From assembly GCA_045603085.1 (NCBI GenBank), contig JAZULL010000132.1, forward strand, positions 10,575-74,574: DNA of 64,000 nt. The letters run 5' to 3'. The stretch comes from Eubacteriales bacterium. GTDB lineage: Bacteria > Bacillota > Clostridia > Oscillospirales > CAG-272. Under the pieces are notes generated by a model. That model made no database searches. It saw nothing but the letters and a program-made list of their open reading frames with translations, and was not told the DNA's origin. Numbering within the stretch: the stretch's first letter is position 1; each line of letters starts with the position of its first letter. Shown piece after piece: positions 61,575 to 64,000 of this stretch. The position numbers were made by a program, and so were the translations under genes.

Positions 61575-63332
61575 TCAACCCACATACCATTCAAGCTGTG
61601 ATTCGTACATTCTCATATACTTACCATTCTCTAAGTGCATCAATTCATCGTGTGTCCCCACTTCACAGATATTACCATTATCAAAAACAATAATTCTATC
61701 TGCATGTTTTGCGAATCCCAAACGATGAGAAATAAAGAATACCAATCTATCTTCTGCCAGCGACAATATATACTCGTACATTTTGATTTCAGAAATAGGA
61801 TCAAGAAATGCTGTAGGCTCATCTAAAATCCAAATTTTTGCTTCATTATTTGCCAACATACGTGCTAAAGCAATACGCTGAAACTGACCTTTTGAAAATT
61901 CCACACCATTTTCAAGTTGACCTATGTGTGTATAGATTCCGTCTGGTAATTCTTTTATATAGTCATACATATCGACTTGCTTTAGTATATTCCAAACTTC
62001 CTCATCATCCATATATTCTCCACCTCGCCCCAACTCCACATTTTCCTTTATTGTAAATTGGTAAGATTGGAAGTCCTGCATAATGGCAACCGCCTTCCCA
62101 ACTTGATTGTAACACATCCCAGAGTTTTCATTTAAAAGCCTGAGCAAAATTTGCACAAATGTTGTTTTTCCACTTCCATTAACACCAACCAACGCTATTT
62201 TTTCTCCCTTTTCAAAAACACAGGATACCCCCCTGAGTGCATTACTTGATGCCTGTGGATATTGATAAAACACATCCTTTACTGATAGAACTCCATTCAA
62301 TGTATCTGGATTTTCGGTATCGATCTCTGGCATAGCCATTATTTCATAGTAGGTTTGGATAGATTTCATATATTCTTTTTCAGAAAAAATATATCCCGTT
62401 AAGCTCTTAAAAAGCATAAATAATTGCACCATCAGAGATGTCATAAGAGTATAGGAACCCAGAGATCGATTCCCTTTTACAATACTGTTAGCAGTAACTA
62501 ACAATATAACTAACATCATAAAGAAAAAGAAACCGGACATTGCAAGTTCTGTAAAAAAAGATAATAGATTCATTTTCAATCGATACTTGCGTTCCATATC
62601 AGAATGCTCCTCATACCTTTGTGCAAAAAATGGGAGTTGTCTGTTTATTTGCATAGTGCTATGATTAACACGATTTGATAAAACACTCTCAAAGTATGCG
62701 CTCATTCTTTCTTCGGGTGCCAATAGTGCATCATAATAGCAGCTCCATTTCTTACCATTCCGTTTTTGAACAATGAAATAAAGCAAAAATGCAATAGCTA
62801 GAACCCCCAAGAGGGAGAGATGTATTTGAACCAACATAATGCTGTACACCAAAAAATACACAAAGATATTAAACAAGGACGTGATATATGAAATAGATTG
62901 TGCGTATTGATCGGGAGCTTTGCACGATAGCCATATTTTATAATTAGAATCCGCACTTTCGAAATGCTCATAAGAAATCTTGCTGATTTTTTTCATCAGA
63001 TCATAATTCTTTTGCATAACAATCTTTTGGGTAAAGCGAATATTAAACAAACTGAACAGCCATCTTCCTATAATGAACAGCAGAAGACTAAACAGAACAA
63101 GCAGTATATGAAACATGACCCTCTCAACTGCTTGATTATTCATTAGATTTTGTTGATTAATAGAATCAATAATATCTTCACTAAATTTCAGTTCAACTAC
63201 ACTCGCAAGTGGAAGGATGAGCGAAATAATGAGTATTGTCACAAAACCGATTTTATTTGCTCGAAACAAATCCTTCGCTATCTGTACATAAAAGTGAACA
63301 TTTTCTTTTAGTTTTACGAAGCATCCACGCAT
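61575..63332 (-). CDS. ABC exporter, fused permease/ATP-binding protein
   Basis: Six N-terminal TM helices. Walker A GVNGSGKTTF, signature-like FSKGQFQRIALARML, Walker B IWILDEPTAFLD, H-loop FISHRL. Confidence 0.9.
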   Translation of the reverse strand: MRGCFVKLKENVHFYVQIAKDLFRANKIGFVTILIISLILPLASVVELKFSEDIIDSINQQNLMNNQAVERVMFHILLVLFSLLLFIIGRWLFSLFNIRFTQKIVMQKNYDLMKKISKISYEHFESADSNYKIWLSCKAPDQYAQSISYITSLFNIFVYFLVYSIMLVQIHLSLLGVLAIAFLLYFIVQKRNGKKWSCYYDALLAPEERMSAYFESVLSNRVNHSTMQINRQLPFFAQRYEEHSDMERKYRLKMNLLSFFTELAMSGFFFFMMLVILLVTANSIVKGNRSLGSYTLMTSLMVQLFMLFKSLTGYIFSEKEYMKSIQTYYEIMAMPEIDTENPDTLNGVLSVKDVFYQYPQASSNALRGVSCVFEKGEKIALVGVNGSGKTTFVQILLRLLNENSGMCYNQVGKAVAIMQDFQSYQFTIKENVELGRGGEYMDDEEVWNILKQVDMYDYIKELPDGIYTHIGQLENGVEFSKGQFQRIALARMLANNEAKIWILDEPTAFLDPISEIKMYEYILSLAEDRLVFFISHRLGFAKHADRIIVFDNGNICEVGTHDELMHLENGKYMRMYESQLEWYVG

Positions 63333-63343
63333 AATCTTCTCCC

Positions 63344-64000
63344 TTAATGATACAGTTCCTTCTGCATATTAAACATTTCTGCATAACAACCATTTTGATC
63401 AATTAATTCTTGATGTGTTCCAGTTTCTATAATTTTCCCCTTCTCCATTACCACGATTTTATCTGCTAGACGTGCAAACCCTATGCGGTGCGAAATCAGT
63501 ATAGCTGTTTTCCCATTTAATACGGTTCTAAAATTGTTCAACAATTCGATTTCTTTCATAGGATCTATAGAAGCCGTGGGTTCATCCAGAATTAATATTT
63601 CCGGTTCTCCCATATAGGCAGAGGCAATCACTAATTTTTGCATCTCTCCGCCTGAAACATCTATACCTTCGGGGTCATATGATTTGCCAATAATTGTTTC
63701 ATCCTTTTTGGGGAACTGATTGAAGAATTTTTCAACATTAGCCTTCTCATATGCAGATTGAACAGCTTCTTTCTCGTACATCATTTCAATTCTTCCAAGA
63801 CCCACAAATTCTTTCATACTCACCGAAAACGTTGAATACTCTTGCGGAGCAGTACCAAAATAACAAAACACATCGTTTTTAGAGAATTCTTCTATAGGAT
63901 GTCCATTAATAAATATAGTGCCATCATCGGGTGTATAGGCACCACATAAGAGTTTTGATAGTGTGGTTTTACCGCTTCCATTGTAGCCAAGTATACTAAC
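63344..64000 (-). CDS. ABC exporter ATP-binding domain (N-terminal part beyond window end)
   Basis: The reading frame stays open upstream of the track ORF to base 64000 (VSILGYNGSGKTTLSKLLCG, Walker A). It also carries VSGGEMQKL, ILILDEPTASID and ILISHRIG. Confidence 0.85.
   Translation of the reverse strand, partial: VSILGYNGSGKTTLSKLLCGAYTPDDGTIFINGHPIEEFSKNDVFCYFGTAPQEYSTFSVSMKEFVGLGRIEMMYEKEAVQSAYEKANVEKFFNQFPKKDETIIGKSYDPEGIDVSGGEMQKLVIASAYMGEPEILILDEPTASIDPMKEIELLNNFRTVLNGKTAILISHRIGFARLADKIVVMEKGKIIETGTHQELIDQNGCYAEMFNMQKELYH

Noticed and set aside
1-64000. CRISPR arrays, rRNA genes, intact tRNA genes
   Set aside because: I found no regularly spaced conserved repeats of 25-40 bp with unique spacers, no rRNA-like conserved blocks and no complete cloverleaf. 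The only tandem arrays are the hairpin arrays and the 3 x 20-bp repeat reported above.

Overview
This is a mosaic 64-kb window from a Gram-positive, Clostridia-like genome (GGAGG-type RBSs, hairpin plus T-run terminators, ATGA/TAATG coupled genes). Nearly all genes are on the minus strand, and composition by eye defines four blocks.

(1) 1-21.0 kb, GC-rich housekeeping or accessory genes:
- A tightly coupled 7-gene operon: PEP-binding enzyme, PP-loop amidotransferase, HAD fusion, threonine aldolase and membrane proteins.
- A P-type cation ATPase behind a probable yybP-ykoY (Mn2+) riboswitch. The ATPase is broken by one in-frame TAG.
- A GH-A-like protein, an ABC-2 exporter pair, a 1417-aa lipoprotein and a Gfo/Idh/MocA oxidoreductase.

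(2) 21.0-23.7 kb, a lower-GC insert. It holds three orphan proteins flanked by two arrays of small GC-rich hairpins. One array has covarying stems, GNRA loops and a fixed AATATCAC linker.

(3) 23.7-39.3 kb, a surface-protein locus. It comprises a dual-HTH LuxR-type regulator, a 103-aa Cys-rich protein and two giant secreted proteins (2537 and 2034 aa).

(4) 39.3-64 kb, an AT-rich accessory region that starts at a tRNA 3'-end remnant:
- Repeat-bounded cassettes carry an RloC/PrrC-like ABC-ATPase and an 1171-aa protein with a nuclease-like N-terminus. This pair is my best candidate for an undescribed defence-type system.
- A three-gene membrane module follows.
- A serine-recombinase element carries three recombinase genes, a solitary MazF, small HTH and Zn-ribbon genes, and a roughly 360-nt ORF-free structured region.
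- The block ends with a decayed IS66 copy and an ACP plus two ABC exporter genes running off the window.

No rRNA, intact tRNA or CRISPR array was seen. Function calls rest on motifs read by eye, and no database search was possible.
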